From an uncultured Candidatus Saccharibacteria bacterium (GTDB taxonomy: Bacteria > Patescibacteriota > Minisyncoccia > Phycocordibacterales > CAYGLL01), in assembly GCA_964350935.1 (NCBI GenBank), contig CAYGLL010000004.1, forward strand, positions 9,267 through 73,266: a DNA stretch of 64,000 nucleotides, read 5' to 3'. Below the pieces are notes generated by a model. That model was not told where the DNA came from. It saw nothing but the letters and a program-made list of their open reading frames with translations, and did not search any database. The position numbers and the translations under genes were made by a program. Positions 9,198 through 18,950 of this stretch are shown piece after piece. Each line of letters opens with the position of its first letter. The stretch's first letter is position 1.

Positions 9198-10586
9198 TCA
9201 GACCAAATCGAGGTACGACCCCTCGGGCCCGTCTTTAACTAGAAAACCAAGCTCCTGGATTTTGTTTCGGATGAGGTCAGCCTCTTTCCACTTTTTTTCT
9301 GCGCGGGCCAGGTCGCGATCGCGGAGAAGTTCACGCACGCGCTCGGGTACAGCCTTCAATTTTTCCTGATGCTTTTTTATCTCGGTTTCAAGTGAAAGTC
9401 CTAACGCAGCGTCGCACTTGAGAATCGTTGCACGCCGGTCGGCTTCGCTCATGTTTAAATCTTTAGTGATTTCCCAGATCAGGGCGAGCGCGCGGGGTGT
9501 ATCGAGATCGTCGGAGACAAATGCCAGGAAACGTTTGTAATAATCAGCGTGTGCCATTCCGTTATCAAGCCAGGATGAAAGTTTGGCGATAAGGCCGCGG
9601 TGAGCATTGCGTGCGGCTTCAAGAGTTTCAAGACTGAAGGCGAGAGGTGAGCGGTAGTGCCCAGTCAGCAACCAGTAACGGTAAACCATTGGCTCGAACC
9701 CTTTTTCCTTTATTGATTTAAGCGTAAGAAAGTTTCCTTCAGATTTTGCCATCTTTCCGCTCGCAACGGTGATGAACTCGTTGTGCATCCAAATATTTGC
9801 GAGCGGCGTGTCATACGCACACTCAGACTGTGCGATTTCATTGTTGTGATGAATGGAGATGTGATCAATACCGCCGGTGTGAATATCAAAGGGTTGGCCC
9901 AGATATTTTCGTGCCATCGCCGAACATTCAATGTGCCAGCCGGGGAAGCCTTTGCCCCAGGGAGTGTCCCAGCCGAGCTCACGGTTGAACTTCCAGAGCG
10001 CGAAATCGCGCACACTTTTCTTTTCGTTATTTGTGCCGATTCGTGTCTCACCAGCCGTCTCTTCTTTCTGCCGATTGCCGAGTTTGCCATAGTCGGGATA
10101 TTTTGTTGTGTCAAAATAAATTCCATCACTTGTGGTATACATGAACCCTTTCTTCTCCAACCGCTCAATTATCTCGATGTCGTCGGCGATGTGTTCACTC
10201 GCTTTAGGCATTTCATTCGGAATCTTGATGTTCATGGCAGTCAGATCTTCTTTGAACTTTCCTGCATAGAAATTGGCAAGCGAAAGCATGGCCTCAAGCG
10301 TCAGGGGTTTACCTTCGCGCTTCAAGGCCTTAGTCATTTTATCTTCGCCGGTATCAACGTCACCTGAAAGATGGCCAACGTCGGTAATATTAATTACCTG
10401 TTTTATTTCGTAGTCGTGAGCCTCAAGCGTGCGGCGTAGAAGGTCAGCAAAAACATATGAGCGCAGGTTGCCAATATGTGCGTAATCGTAAACGGTGGGG
10501 CCACAGTGATACATTGAAACCGAACCTTTTTTGATTGGTTTGAATTCTTCTTTTTTACCCGAGAGTGTGTTAAATAATTTAATCAT
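9198..10586 (-). CDS. cysS: cysteinyl-tRNA synthetase
   Basis: class I HIGH motif (HIGN), KMAKS (KMSKS-like), Zn-binding Cys; typical CysS length. Confidence 0.9.
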   Translation of the reverse strand: MIKLFNTLSGKKEEFKPIKKGSVSMYHCGPTVYDYAHIGNLRSYVFADLLRRTLEAHDYEIKQVINITDVGHLSGDVDTGEDKMTKALKREGKPLTLEAMLSLANFYAGKFKEDLTAMNIKIPNEMPKASEHIADDIEIIERLEKKGFMYTTSDGIYFDTTKYPDYGKLGNRQKEETAGETRIGTNNEKKSVRDFALWKFNRELGWDTPWGKGFPGWHIECSAMARKYLGQPFDIHTGGIDHISIHHNNEIAQSECAYDTPLANIWMHNEFITVASGKMAKSEGNFLTLKSIKEKGFEPMVYRYWLLTGHYRSPLAFSLETLEAARNAHRGLIAKLSSWLDNGMAHADYYKRFLAFVSDDLDTPRALALIWEITKDLNMSEADRRATILKCDAALGLSLETEIKKHQEKLKAVPERVRELLRDRDLARAEKKWKEADLIRNKIQELGFLVKDGPEGSYLDLV

Positions 10587-10667
10587 AAGCTTCTAGGTTT
10601 TAGCTGTCAGCTGTTAGTTTACAAAGCCAGAAAGCTAAAAGCTAGCAGCTAAAAGCTGGAAGCTCTT

Positions 10668-11582
10668 TTACAGCCACTTGCGGAATTTTGAGTAGGCGTA
10701 CATGACAATCGCGATTGAAACAAGGACTACCAGCATAATCCAGAAATCATTTTCTTGGCCAACGATGGGTCGGGAAATGTTATCCACCTGGAAAAGTGAG
10801 ATAACGAGTGTGAGGGGGAGAGCGATAAAAGCGACAACCGTGAGGATTTTCATGGTCTCGTTTTGTTTGGTTGAGAGGAGCGCGTTGTTGGTTTCGCGTA
10901 GTTCTTTCATAAGCTCGATTTTACTTCGCACCGCGTTGTGCACTTTAAAATGTTCTGAAAGGATCATACTCGTTGAGTAAGCATAGCCTTCGCCGTAGAA
11001 TCTCTTTCCAACCTGATCATATGTTTTTAGAACATCGTGGTGAAGATCCATCGATTGTTTGAATTCGAGAAGTGTGCGACTGACATTTGAAAGTGAGAGC
11101 ACCATCTCACGTTCTTTGCCCTTAAAAACGCCGTCCTCAATAATTTTGAGTGATGTGCTGATTGAATCGAGTTCGTGCGAGAGTGCTTTGTAGAGGTGCG
11201 CAATCATGTAATAAAAAATAAAACCGGCGTGGTCTCCCATGTGGCCCTTATCGAGGATTGAATTAACCTCAAAAACTTTAGAGAAGTCGTGCAAAGGATC
11301 GATCATGTCATAGTGAGTCGTGATGATGAACTTGTGGCCGATTATAAAATCGATCTCTTGCTGTACTCCCTTCGAATGAGAGTGCCTAAATGCAGGAAAG
11401 TGCAGGATTAAGTAGATGAAATCTTGATAGAGCTCAACACGAGGTTTGGGAGTCGGTGTGTGAAGTTCTTTTCCGACAAGGGGATTGAGGTGAAATTGCT
11501 CGATCAGGGCTTTGACCTCAGCTTCGGTCGGGGATTCAAGATCGATCCAGACAATGTCGCGGTATTGGTAGCGATGGATCAT
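10668..11582 (-). CDS. CorA/MIT-family divalent cation transporter-like protein with non-canonical pore motif
   Basis: soluble N-terminal domain plus two C-terminal TM helices; MKILTVVAFIALPLTLVISLFQVDN aligns with CorA MK.LT..P.T.I.GIYGMNF but lacks GMN. Confidence 0.5.
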   Translation of the reverse strand: MIHRYQYRDIVWIDLESPTEAEVKALIEQFHLNPLVGKELHTPTPKPRVELYQDFIYLILHFPAFRHSHSKGVQQEIDFIIGHKFIITTHYDMIDPLHDFSKVFEVNSILDKGHMGDHAGFIFYYMIAHLYKALSHELDSISTSLKIIEDGVFKGKEREMVLSLSNVSRTLLEFKQSMDLHHDVLKTYDQVGKRFYGEGYAYSTSMILSEHFKVHNAVRSKIELMKELRETNNALLSTKQNETMKILTVVAFIALPLTLVISLFQVDNISRPIVGQENDFWIMLVVLVSIAIVMYAYSKFRKWL

Positions 11583-11716
11583 ATGAGTCTATTATAGCCC
11601 AGCATCTTCTTCTGTGTATGTCTTCATTGTGAACAGTGAGGCGCTTGTTGAGTCATATTTTAAACTTGTTGAGGGGATATGGACGAGCGGGATTTATTTT
11701 GAGATACTAAGCATTA

Positions 11717-13027
11717 ATGAATCGATCCGGAGTGAGTCGAATTATATTTGCAGTTGTCGTTGTTGCGCTGATCACCGGCGCTTTTTTTGCAGGATTTCAG
11801 CATGGAGTTGGCAGGAAAAGTGAACTCGAACGAGCCGCGCTACTAGATAATAAAGAGCTCGGAAAACCGTCGAATGTAGATTTTTCTGCCTTTTGGAAGG
11901 CATGGAATATCATCAATGATCGTTACGTTGCAACTAAACAATCAAGTACTACGCCTTCAACAACGGAAGAACGCGTATGGGGTGCCATCCAGGGAATGGC
12001 AGCCTCATTAAATGATCCTTACACCGTCTTTTTCAACCCAGAGGAGAATGAAATTTTCCAGAGTGCCATCAGTGGTACGTTTGACGGCGTCGGCATGGAG
12101 ATTGGTCTAAAGGATAAAATAATTACTGTCGTAGCACCCCTCAAAGATACCCCGGCATACCGCATGGGGATCAAGCCGGGAGATCAGATTTTAAAAATTG
12201 ATGATATTCCAACCACAGGCTTCACTGTAGAAAAGGCAGTTAAGCTGATCCGTGGTAAAAAAGGTACCGCTGTTCACCTTACGGTGATGCGTGAAGGGAA
12301 GAGCGAGCCGTTTGTGGTTGATGTAGTCCGCGATACGATCAAAATTCCCGCACTTGAGGTTGAGGGAAAAGATTCAACGGGAAAGACGGTCACCAAGGGT
12401 TCTGATGGTAATCCGATCGGCCTCCAGGAGAATGGTATTTTCGTAATTCGTCTCTATAATTTCTCAGCAGATTCTGCTCAACTTTTTCGCACCGCTCTTC
12501 GCCGCTTTGTTGAATCCGGTTCCCACAAACTTGTTCTTGATTTGCGCGGTAATCCGGGTGGCTATCTCGACGCGGCTGTTGATATGGCAAGCTGGTTCCT
12601 TCCGCCGGGCAAACTTGTGGTGACTGAAGCATATGGCGGTAAACGTGTTGATGATGAGTTCCGCAGTGTCGGGTACGGAAAGGATAAGTACGGTATTTTT
12701 GGAGATGATTTTAGAATGGTGATCCTGGTTGATAGTGGTTCAGCGTCGGCCTCTGAAATTCTTGCAGGTGCACTACGCGAACACGGCGTTGCCAAACTTG
12801 TCGGTGTTAAAACCTTCGGTAAGGGGTCGGTTCAGGAGCTGGTAAACATTACCTCGGATACGACGCTTAAAGTTACGATCGCGCGCTGGCTTACACCAAA
12901 CGGGACCTCAATTTCCGAAACGGGTATCGAACCTGACTTCGAGGTGAAAGTCACGGAGGAGGATATTAAAAACAAAAAAGATCCTCAAATGGAAAAGGCG
13001 GTGGAGATTTTGAACCTGGAGCCATAA
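11717..13027 (+). CDS. ctpA: carboxyl-terminal processing protease (S41) with PDZ domain
   Basis: N-terminal TM anchor; PDZ (GIKPGDQILKIDD); S41 motifs LVLDLRGNPGG and SASASEILAGAL. Confidence 0.85.
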   Translation: MNRSGVSRIIFAVVVVALITGAFFAGFQHGVGRKSELERAALLDNKELGKPSNVDFSAFWKAWNIINDRYVATKQSSTTPSTTEERVWGAIQGMAASLNDPYTVFFNPEENEIFQSAISGTFDGVGMEIGLKDKIITVVAPLKDTPAYRMGIKPGDQILKIDDIPTTGFTVEKAVKLIRGKKGTAVHLTVMREGKSEPFVVDVVRDTIKIPALEVEGKDSTGKTVTKGSDGNPIGLQENGIFVIRLYNFSADSAQLFRTALRRFVESGSHKLVLDLRGNPGGYLDAAVDMASWFLPPGKLVVTEAYGGKRVDDEFRSVGYGKDKYGIFGDDFRMVILVDSGSASASEILAGALREHGVAKLVGVKTFGKGSVQELVNITSDTTLKVTIARWLTPNGTSISETGIEPDFEVKVTEEDIKNKKDPQMEKAVEILNLEP

Positions 13028-13101
13028 CTCCGCTAGCGGAGCGCCATTGCACGTTTCCAATAGCGTGCTAGTATCGCACGTACTAACACAAGAACAATTT
13101 C

Positions 13102-13545
13102 ATGAAAGTTATTTTATTGAACGACATTCCTAAGCTTGGCCGAAAGTATGAGACAAAATCTGTCTCTGACGGCTTTGCGCAAAACAGTCTCATTCCACAG
13201 GGAAAAGCTATTGTTGCTACAGCTGCATCTGAAAAAAAGATTGAAGTCTTGCGTAAGCAGCATCAGGTTGAAGAAAAGATAAAACTCGATCTTTTGCTCA
13301 AGAATTTTTCTTCACTCGACGGTGTTTCAGTTGAAGTAATATCTTCAGCGAATGAGAAGGGGCATTTGTTTTCAGGTATTCACAAGAATGATCTCATCAA
13401 AGCGTTGCATGAGCAGAAACGAGTTGATGTTCCTGAGTCAGCTCTCGTACTCGAAAAACCGATCAAGGAGATTGGTGAACACAAAATCGAAGTTATAGTA
13501 GGGGAGAAAAAAGGAGTCTTTACTGTTGTTGTCAAAAGCAAGTAG
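13102..13545 (+). CDS. rplI: 50S ribosomal protein L9
   Basis: MKVILLNDIPKLGRKYE...V.DGFA.N.LIP.G.A N-terminal L9 signature. Confidence 0.85.
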   Translation: MKVILLNDIPKLGRKYETKSVSDGFAQNSLIPQGKAIVATAASEKKIEVLRKQHQVEEKIKLDLLLKNFSSLDGVSVEVISSANEKGHLFSGIHKNDLIKALHEQKRVDVPESALVLEKPIKEIGEHKIEVIVGEKKGVFTVVVKSK

Positions 13546-13556
13546 ATACTAACGGT

Positions 13557-13601
13557 ACAGTGTAAAAAAAACGACCCTCGCTTCTGCGGGGGTCGTTTTT
13601 T
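13557..13601. terminator. bidirectional terminator between rplI and rpmA
   Basis: aaaaaaaacgaccctcgcttctgcgggggtcgtttttttt hairpin flanked by A- and T-runs. Confidence 0.7.
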
Positions 13602-13874
13602 TTACTTAACGTTGACTGTTTTCTTGGTAACGGTATGTCCGTTGAAACGAGTTTTACGCTTTGATCCGTAGGTAACAATTCCGTCTTTAAGCGCAAACAA
13701 GGTGTGATCCTTTCCGGTACCAACATTCTTTCCGGCCTCGATTCGCGTGCCACGCTGTCGAACGATGATTGAACCTGTCTGTGCCTTTTCACCACCGTAC
13801 AATTTTATACCGAGATACTGTGGATTTACATCGGTAAGGTTTTTCGCTGAACCTCCAGCTTTTTTATGTGCCAT
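13602..13874 (-). CDS. rpmA: 50S ribosomal protein L27
   Basis: MAHKKAGGS...GRDSEAK-like L27 N-terminus; 90 aa. Confidence 0.9.
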   Translation of the reverse strand: MAHKKAGGSAKNLTDVNPQYLGIKLYGGEKAQTGSIIVRQRGTRIEAGKNVGTGKDHTLFALKDGIVTYGSKRKTRFNGHTVTKKTVNVK

Positions 13875-13930
13875 TGTTTACTCCAAGCTCCCGGTGTAAT
13901 CCTGAAGCCTTCAAAATTATGTATAATTGA

Positions 13931-14266
13931 ATGGCCATGAGTATACGTGAAGTTTGGAATAAATGCAAATCCGAGAGGCTCTACGTGGCCCTGCTTATCA
14001 TTTTTGTTGGTTTGGGGTCTTTTGGTCTCGGACGACTATCGATTCTCAATAGCCGTGCAGAAGCTGTGCATATTGTTCCTACAGCACTTAACGGTTCGTC
14101 CGAGGCACATTCAGTGGTTGCTTCTAAAACAGGCAAAAAGTATTATCTTCCGTGGTGCGGGTCGGTTTCAAACATTTCCGAAGAAAATAAGGTCTGGTTC
14201 GAAAATGTGGAAATGGCGAAAGCCGCAGGCTATACTCCGGCTTCAAACTGTAAGGGACTAAATTAA
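13931..14266 (+). CDS. membrane-anchored small protein with Ada-like Cys-rich metal-binding motif
   Basis: N-terminal TM helix; C-terminal YYLPWCG...ISEENKVWFEN.EMAKAAGYTP..NC resembles the Ada N-terminal Zn-binding fold. Confidence 0.4.
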   Translation: MAMSIREVWNKCKSERLYVALLIIFVGLGSFGLGRLSILNSRAEAVHIVPTALNGSSEAHSVVASKTGKKYYLPWCGSVSNISEENKVWFENVEMAKAAGYTPASNCKGLN

Positions 14267-14336
14267 GTTTTTCCACTCTAAATAGGCAAGAAAAATGCCC
14301 TCGACTTTTCAGGCTGAAGGCAGTGGGAATCTCTGG

Positions 14337-14549
14337 TCACGGATCCCAGGTGTCTCTGTTTCGTAGAATGTAGAATAAACTAAAAACGAGTATGGCGATG
14401 AAGGTGGATAACCCGATCCAAATTCCATAACTCGTAATAATCTTTCGCGCTTCGTCTCCTAAAAACATATAACCAATCGAAAAGCAGACACCTTCAAGCG
14501 CGAGCAGTGTGATGCAGGTTGCAAGCGTACGTTCGAGGAAGGTTTTCAT
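14337..14549 (-). CDS. small two-TM membrane protein
   Basis: ATG at 14549 (MKTFLERT...) avoids overlap with the convergent exonuclease gene; hydrophobic. Confidence 0.35.
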   Translation of the reverse strand: MKTFLERTLATCITLLALEGVCFSIGYMFLGDEARKIITSYGIWIGLSTFIAILVFSLFYILRNRDTWDP

Positions 14550-14599
14550 GGGCGGTTTTCTGAGTTTTAGATTAACAAGAAAGGGCATATAATCAAGAT

Positions 14600-15190
14600 A
14601 TGATTGTTGTTGATGTAGAGGCCTCGGGCGTTGATCCTCAAAAGAATTCACTGCTTTCAATTGGAGCGGTTGAGTTCGAGCGCCCCGAGAATACTTTTTA
14701 TGCAGAGTGTCAGGTATGGAAGGGGGCACACATTGAACCCGCAGCTCTCGTTGTTAATGGTTTTTCAAAAGAGGCCGCAACTGACCCGAACAAAAAAACA
14801 GATCGTGAGATTATTGCGGAGTTTCTTGCATGGGCAAAAGAGTGTAACGAACGGACTTTGGTGGGGCAGAACCCATCATTTGACCGAGATTTTTTGATGC
14901 AGACGTCACATCGCTATCACATCGACTGGCCATTTGCTCAACGGACTGTTGATCTCCATTCCATCGGCTATTTTCACCTCCATCAGACAGGAAAAGCTAT
15001 TCCAGAGAAAAATGGACACTCGGATCTCAGTTTAGACGCTATTTTGATTTATGTTGGTATTCCGGTTGAGCCAAAACCTCACAATGGCCTTACCGGAGCT
15101 CTTCTCGAAGCTGAGGCACTCAGTCGATTACTAAACAACAAGTCTCTTTTTGATCAATGGCAGAAATACCCGATTCCGTGGCTTAAATAA
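14600..15190 (+). CDS. DnaQ-like 3'-5' exonuclease (DEDDh family), stand-alone
   Basis: Exo I VVDVEASG, Exo II NPSFDRDFL, Exo III H....DA (HNGLTGALLEAEA). Confidence 0.7.
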   Translation: MIVVDVEASGVDPQKNSLLSIGAVEFERPENTFYAECQVWKGAHIEPAALVVNGFSKEAATDPNKKTDREIIAEFLAWAKECNERTLVGQNPSFDRDFLMQTSHRYHIDWPFAQRTVDLHSIGYFHLHQTGKAIPEKNGHSDLSLDAILIYVGIPVEPKPHNGLTGALLEAEALSRLLNNKSLFDQWQKYPIPWLK

Positions 15191-15323
15191 GGGGTAGGGG
15201 CTTTAAAAGCCTTAGCCAGGGCCATAAAATAGAGCAGTTTTAGCGATGAGCGTAAATAGCAAATAATGGCTTTATTGAGCCATTAAATCTTTTTTGACAC
15301 CCACTTTTTTTCATTGCCAAATC

Positions 15324-15351
15324 TTGACAGATTTACTATTCATGCTAGAAT
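15324..15351 (+). promoter_or_regulatory. sigma70-like promoter (TTGACA-16-TAGAAT) upstream of transglycosylase-like gene
   Basis: ttgacagatttactattcatgctagaat. Confidence 0.4.
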
Positions 15352-15435
15352 CATACCAAACCTAGAAAACCTCTGGGTTTTAATTTGTCTCACTATTTGG
15401 GCCCTCATGGGACCCAAAGACAGGGCAATAACCAT

Positions 15436-15855
15436 ATGATTGATTTAGTAAGCAGTTTCATTATGCTCGCCTCGGTCTTTTACAGCCAGCCAGGGACCAC
15501 TGTTTCTCCAACACCACAAGCTCAAAATATGAAACAGAAAACAACTGAAGAGTTGGTCCGTGACTACTTCGCTGATACACCTATTTTAGTTGAGGTTGCC
15601 CGATGTGAATCCACATTCAGGCAAACAGACTCAACCGGGAAGGTCATTCGCGGAAGGGTGAATGAGTACGACGTTGGAGTAATGCAGATCAATGAACTCT
15701 ATCATGCTGATAAGGCGGAAGAACTCGGATACGATCTGCATACTATCGAAGGCAACATGGCGTATGCCAAGTGGCTCTACGAGAAAGAAAGTATCGTCCC
15801 GTGGAAATCGTCCTCTAGGTGCTGGAAAAATAGCAAAGAAATTACACGAGCATAA
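15436..15855 (+). CDS. secreted lysozyme-like / lytic transglycosylase-like small protein
   Basis: signal/TM segment then ARCESTFRQ...YDVGVMQINE..H, resembling the SLT catalytic E..GLMQI pattern; ATG start internal to TTG-initiated ORF. Confidence 0.45.
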   Translation: MIDLVSSFIMLASVFYSQPGTTVSPTPQAQNMKQKTTEELVRDYFADTPILVEVARCESTFRQTDSTGKVIRGRVNEYDVGVMQINELYHADKAEELGYDLHTIEGNMAYAKWLYEKESIVPWKSSSRCWKNSKEITRA

Positions 15856-15949
15856 CGTACAAAAAACTTCCGTGCCTTCGGCCGGAAGTTTTTTGTTTGA
15901 CAATTTATATTTTTAATGTATTGTAAATACAGATCTTCACAACACACGT

Positions 15950-16468
15950 ATGAAATTTCTCATCGGAATCGATCGAACGGTTCTCAAGTTCTACGAAGTT
16001 ATCTCACACGCGCTTCAGCGCCTTACCGGGTACAACAACTTCTGGTTGGCGTGGATCGCTCTCTGTTTCATCGCAGCAGTCAGTGCATGGCAGGTATCTC
16101 GAAGAATTTTGAAAATGGAGATAGGGTGGGCAGTTGTAGGCATCGCCAGTATTATGCTACTCGTGTTTATTGTGCCCCTGAACCTCAAAAGACTAGAGGG
16201 TTTAGTTTCGCGCGGTACTACAAGGTTCCGTAACATACTTGAGTCATCGAATATAATGATTACTGTGAGGCTCTGTATCCTGATTGCTCTTGTCCTGACA
16301 ATCTGTAACTATGTGATTGGTGTAAAAGATGTAACCATTCTCAGGCTTTTACATGGAGTCGCCGTAACTTCGATGTTTTACTTAATCTCTGTCACCCCGC
16401 TTCCACCCTGCGATGGAAAGGTTGGACAATGGCTGCTCTTGCTCTTAGGTAAACGCTCTCAGGCGTAA
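15950..16468 (+). CDS. hypothetical polytopic membrane protein
   Basis: 4-5 predicted TM helices; no family recognised. Confidence 0.4.
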   Translation: MKFLIGIDRTVLKFYEVISHALQRLTGYNNFWLAWIALCFIAAVSAWQVSRRILKMEIGWAVVGIASIMLLVFIVPLNLKRLEGLVSRGTTRFRNILESSNIMITVRLCILIALVLTICNYVIGVKDVTILRLLHGVAVTSMFYLISVTPLPPCDGKVGQWLLLLLGKRSQA

Positions 16469-16525
16469 ACCGACAACCGCTTGCTTTCGATGGCGAGCGG
16501 TTTTTCTTTTCGCTATACTCAGTGT

Positions 16526-16759
16526 ATGGAAACACCTGATAAAAACAAGAAAGAAGATATTAGGCAGCTGAATCTCGTTTCACTTGCGCTTGAACTTGGA
16601 TTTTCGATTGCAATCCCTATTGTCGGTCTTGCGCTTTTGGGGCGTTTTGCTGATCGATATTTCAATACGTCGCCTGTGCTGCTGCTGGTCGGCATTATAC
16701 TCTCGATGTTTGTTTCAGTGGCGCTCATCTACCGGAAAGTTCGTGATGTGCTAAAATAG
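16526..16759 (+). CDS. atpI: AtpZ/AtpI-like small membrane protein preceding atpB
   Basis: two TM helices, immediately upstream of atpB; ATG chosen internal to TTG-initiated ORF. Confidence 0.45.
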   Translation: METPDKNKKEDIRQLNLVSLALELGFSIAIPIVGLALLGRFADRYFNTSPVLLLVGIILSMFVSVALIYRKVRDVLK

Positions 16760-16765
16760 CGGCCA

Positions 16766-17530
16766 ATGGAAGAACATGCAGCCGTTCACGTCTCCATAAC
16801 CCCAGAGCATCTCACCACTTTTTTTGGTTTGCCGATTACTAACACACTCTTAACCGCATGGCTTATTGTAATCGCTCTTTGTCTGGTTGCGTGGTTTGCC
16901 TCGAAAAAAATAAAGGAGCGTCCCGGAAAGTTTCAGAATGCATTTGAAACAGTTGTTGAGAGTCTGTTTAACTTTATGGCAACGTTTGCCGGGGATCGTG
17001 CCACAGCACGAAAGTTTTTTCCGTTTTCAATTGTCATTTTTATTTTTGTACTTGCTTCAAATTGGGTCGGCATTCTGCCTGGGGTAGGGAGTATTGGCTT
17101 CCATGAGGTTCATGAGGGTACCGAGACTTTCGTTCCGTTGTTCCGCTCAGTGTATTCAGATCTTAATATGACACTTGCTCTCGCGTTAATTGTGGTGACG
17201 GTTGTTCATGTTGTCGGTATTGCGACTTTGGGAATTGGAAAGCATGCCGGAAAATTTTTTACCCTTCGTTCGTTCGGTGATGCATTTGCAGGTTTGCTTG
17301 AATTTATTGGCGAAGCAGCGAAGATTATTTCTTTTTCGTTCCGTCTTTTTGGTAACGTCTTTGCGGGCGAGGTGCTCCTGGTCGTCATTTCCTTTTTGGT
17401 TCCCTATATTGCACCGGTTCCGTTTTACGGACTTGAATTATTTGTCGGTTTTATCCAGGCGTTGATTTTCGCTGTCCTCGCGATGCTGTTCCTCTCCACC
17501 GCGACCCACGCGCACGCGGAAGTACATTAA
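16766..17530 (+). CDS. atpB: F0F1 ATP synthase subunit a
   Basis: conserved RLFGNVFAGEVLL (essential Arg) motif, 5 TM helices. Confidence 0.9.
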   Translation: MEEHAAVHVSITPEHLTTFFGLPITNTLLTAWLIVIALCLVAWFASKKIKERPGKFQNAFETVVESLFNFMATFAGDRATARKFFPFSIVIFIFVLASNWVGILPGVGSIGFHEVHEGTETFVPLFRSVYSDLNMTLALALIVVTVVHVVGIATLGIGKHAGKFFTLRSFGDAFAGLLEFIGEAAKIISFSFRLFGNVFAGEVLLVVISFLVPYIAPVPFYGLELFVGFIQALIFAVLAMLFLSTATHAHAEVH

Positions 17531-17532
17531 AA

Positions 17533-17568
17533 AACGCACAGGATTAGTCCTGTGCGTTCTCTCTCTGT
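17533..17568. terminator. bidirectional terminator after atpB and the convergent M16 peptidase gene
   Basis: acgcacagg-attagt-cctgtgcgt hairpin followed by tctctct. Confidence 0.6.
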
Positions 17569-17571
17569 GTG

Positions 17572-18858
17572 CTATCGTGCTTCGATTCGTGCTATGAGCG
17601 GTGCCTGAGACAGTAGTTGTTTTCTGAAATGATCAACCTTCTCAAATTCCAGGCCGTCAATCTCGGCGGCTGCTTCATGATATGAATATGGACGACCGAA
17701 CATCACAAGATCTGTAAGAATGCCCCCACTCGCGCAACATACGTCAACAGGGTCAGCGAAGTTCACCAGACGACTTTTTTGAACGTACTCGACCTCTGCA
17801 ACAACTGATTGCTCGGCAAGACTCTTTAATGACTCGCGAACTGTTCTTTCAGCGAGGCCGAAGTGCTCTGATGGGATTGGAATATTAACCATGAAGAGCG
17901 AGAAGTGGGGATTTCGGCTGAATCCAAGCAACCCACTCTCGTATACCAAGCCCTTTTCCAACCGGAGTACTTTCATGACTGGTGAAGTAAGAGATCGCCC
18001 GAGTGCATCAGCGATGATACAGAGCTCAGTGTGAGTTTCGGCGTATTCGCAAGGAATCGGCCAATACATCACAAGTCGATCCCGGCGATAATTTTTATCT
18101 TTCAACACCACTTCAGTTGCAAGGGGCGCTGGTAGATGTGGAGTTGTTGCTTTTGCCTGGTCGGTTTTCGGCAACTGTCCAAAAGTGCTTTCGAGGATCG
18201 GAATCAAGTTGGAACATTCAGAAAAGCTTCCGCCGCAGATTATCTCTACGTTTTGGGAGTGATAGAAACGTTGTCGAAACTCTACCAACTGTTCAGGCTT
18301 CATGGCAGCCACCGACTCTTTGGTTCCAATGACGCTCGAAGTGTGAGGATTCTCCCCGAAGAATGCTTTGCGGGCGTTAAGATACGCACGTTGAGATCCG
18401 TCACTAAAGAATCGAGTGAGTTCACTCTGAATAATACTCTTCTCTTTTTCAATATCCTCTTCACGCATGAGCGCCTTAAATGCGAGTTGGTATGCGACCT
18501 CAGCGGCCAAGGCGAACTTGGGTTGAGGTAACCGACAACGATAGGTTGTCCAATAGCGGCTTGTTGTTGCACCTATTGAACCCCCCTCATGCTCGACCGG
18601 ATCTCGTAATGCTCCGGCGGAAGGGAATCGCTCGGTGCCCCGAAATGGAACGTGTTCAAAAACATGCGCTCCGCCCGGGCTTTCGATGGGATCCTGTATG
18701 GATCCAACGCGGGAGAAGGTGACTACCACAGCACCCTCATCGTGAAGGGTGATCGGAGGGTTTTGAATCCACACCGGTACCCCATTCGAGAGGTTGTGTA
18801 GCCTAAATACTGAGGTATCGAATTTTCGACGTAGTCCGGAATATGGCGTATGCATCAA
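17572..18858 (-). CDS. M16-family (pitrilysin/insulinase-like) zinc peptidase
   Basis: inverted zinc motif HVFEH (HxxEH) near N-terminus, two-domain length (428 aa). Confidence 0.7.
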   Translation of the reverse strand: MMHTPYSGLRRKFDTSVFRLHNLSNGVPVWIQNPPITLHDEGAVVVTFSRVGSIQDPIESPGGAHVFEHVPFRGTERFPSAGALRDPVEHEGGSIGATTSRYWTTYRCRLPQPKFALAAEVAYQLAFKALMREEDIEKEKSIIQSELTRFFSDGSQRAYLNARKAFFGENPHTSSVIGTKESVAAMKPEQLVEFRQRFYHSQNVEIICGGSFSECSNLIPILESTFGQLPKTDQAKATTPHLPAPLATEVVLKDKNYRRDRLVMYWPIPCEYAETHTELCIIADALGRSLTSPVMKVLRLEKGLVYESGLLGFSRNPHFSLFMVNIPIPSEHFGLAERTVRESLKSLAEQSVVAEVEYVQKSRLVNFADPVDVCCASGGILTDLVMFGRPYSYHEAAAEIDGLEFEKVDHFRKQLLSQAPLIARIEAR

Positions 18859-18950
18859 TCAATGTTCTTTCTGTTGAATGTTTTGTCTTGCGTCAATATA
18901 TAGAAAAAGCCCCAGTAGTCAACTACGGCTTACGGCCTACAACTTGATGG

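Noticed and set aside
10587-10667. Short AGCTAAAAGCT-type tandem/low-complexity repeats between corA-like and cysS; checked for CRISPR-like or mobile element
   Set aside because: Only two to three imperfect 11-bp units, with no spacers and no cas genes. It is likely just an AT/GC-skewed intergenic or terminator region.
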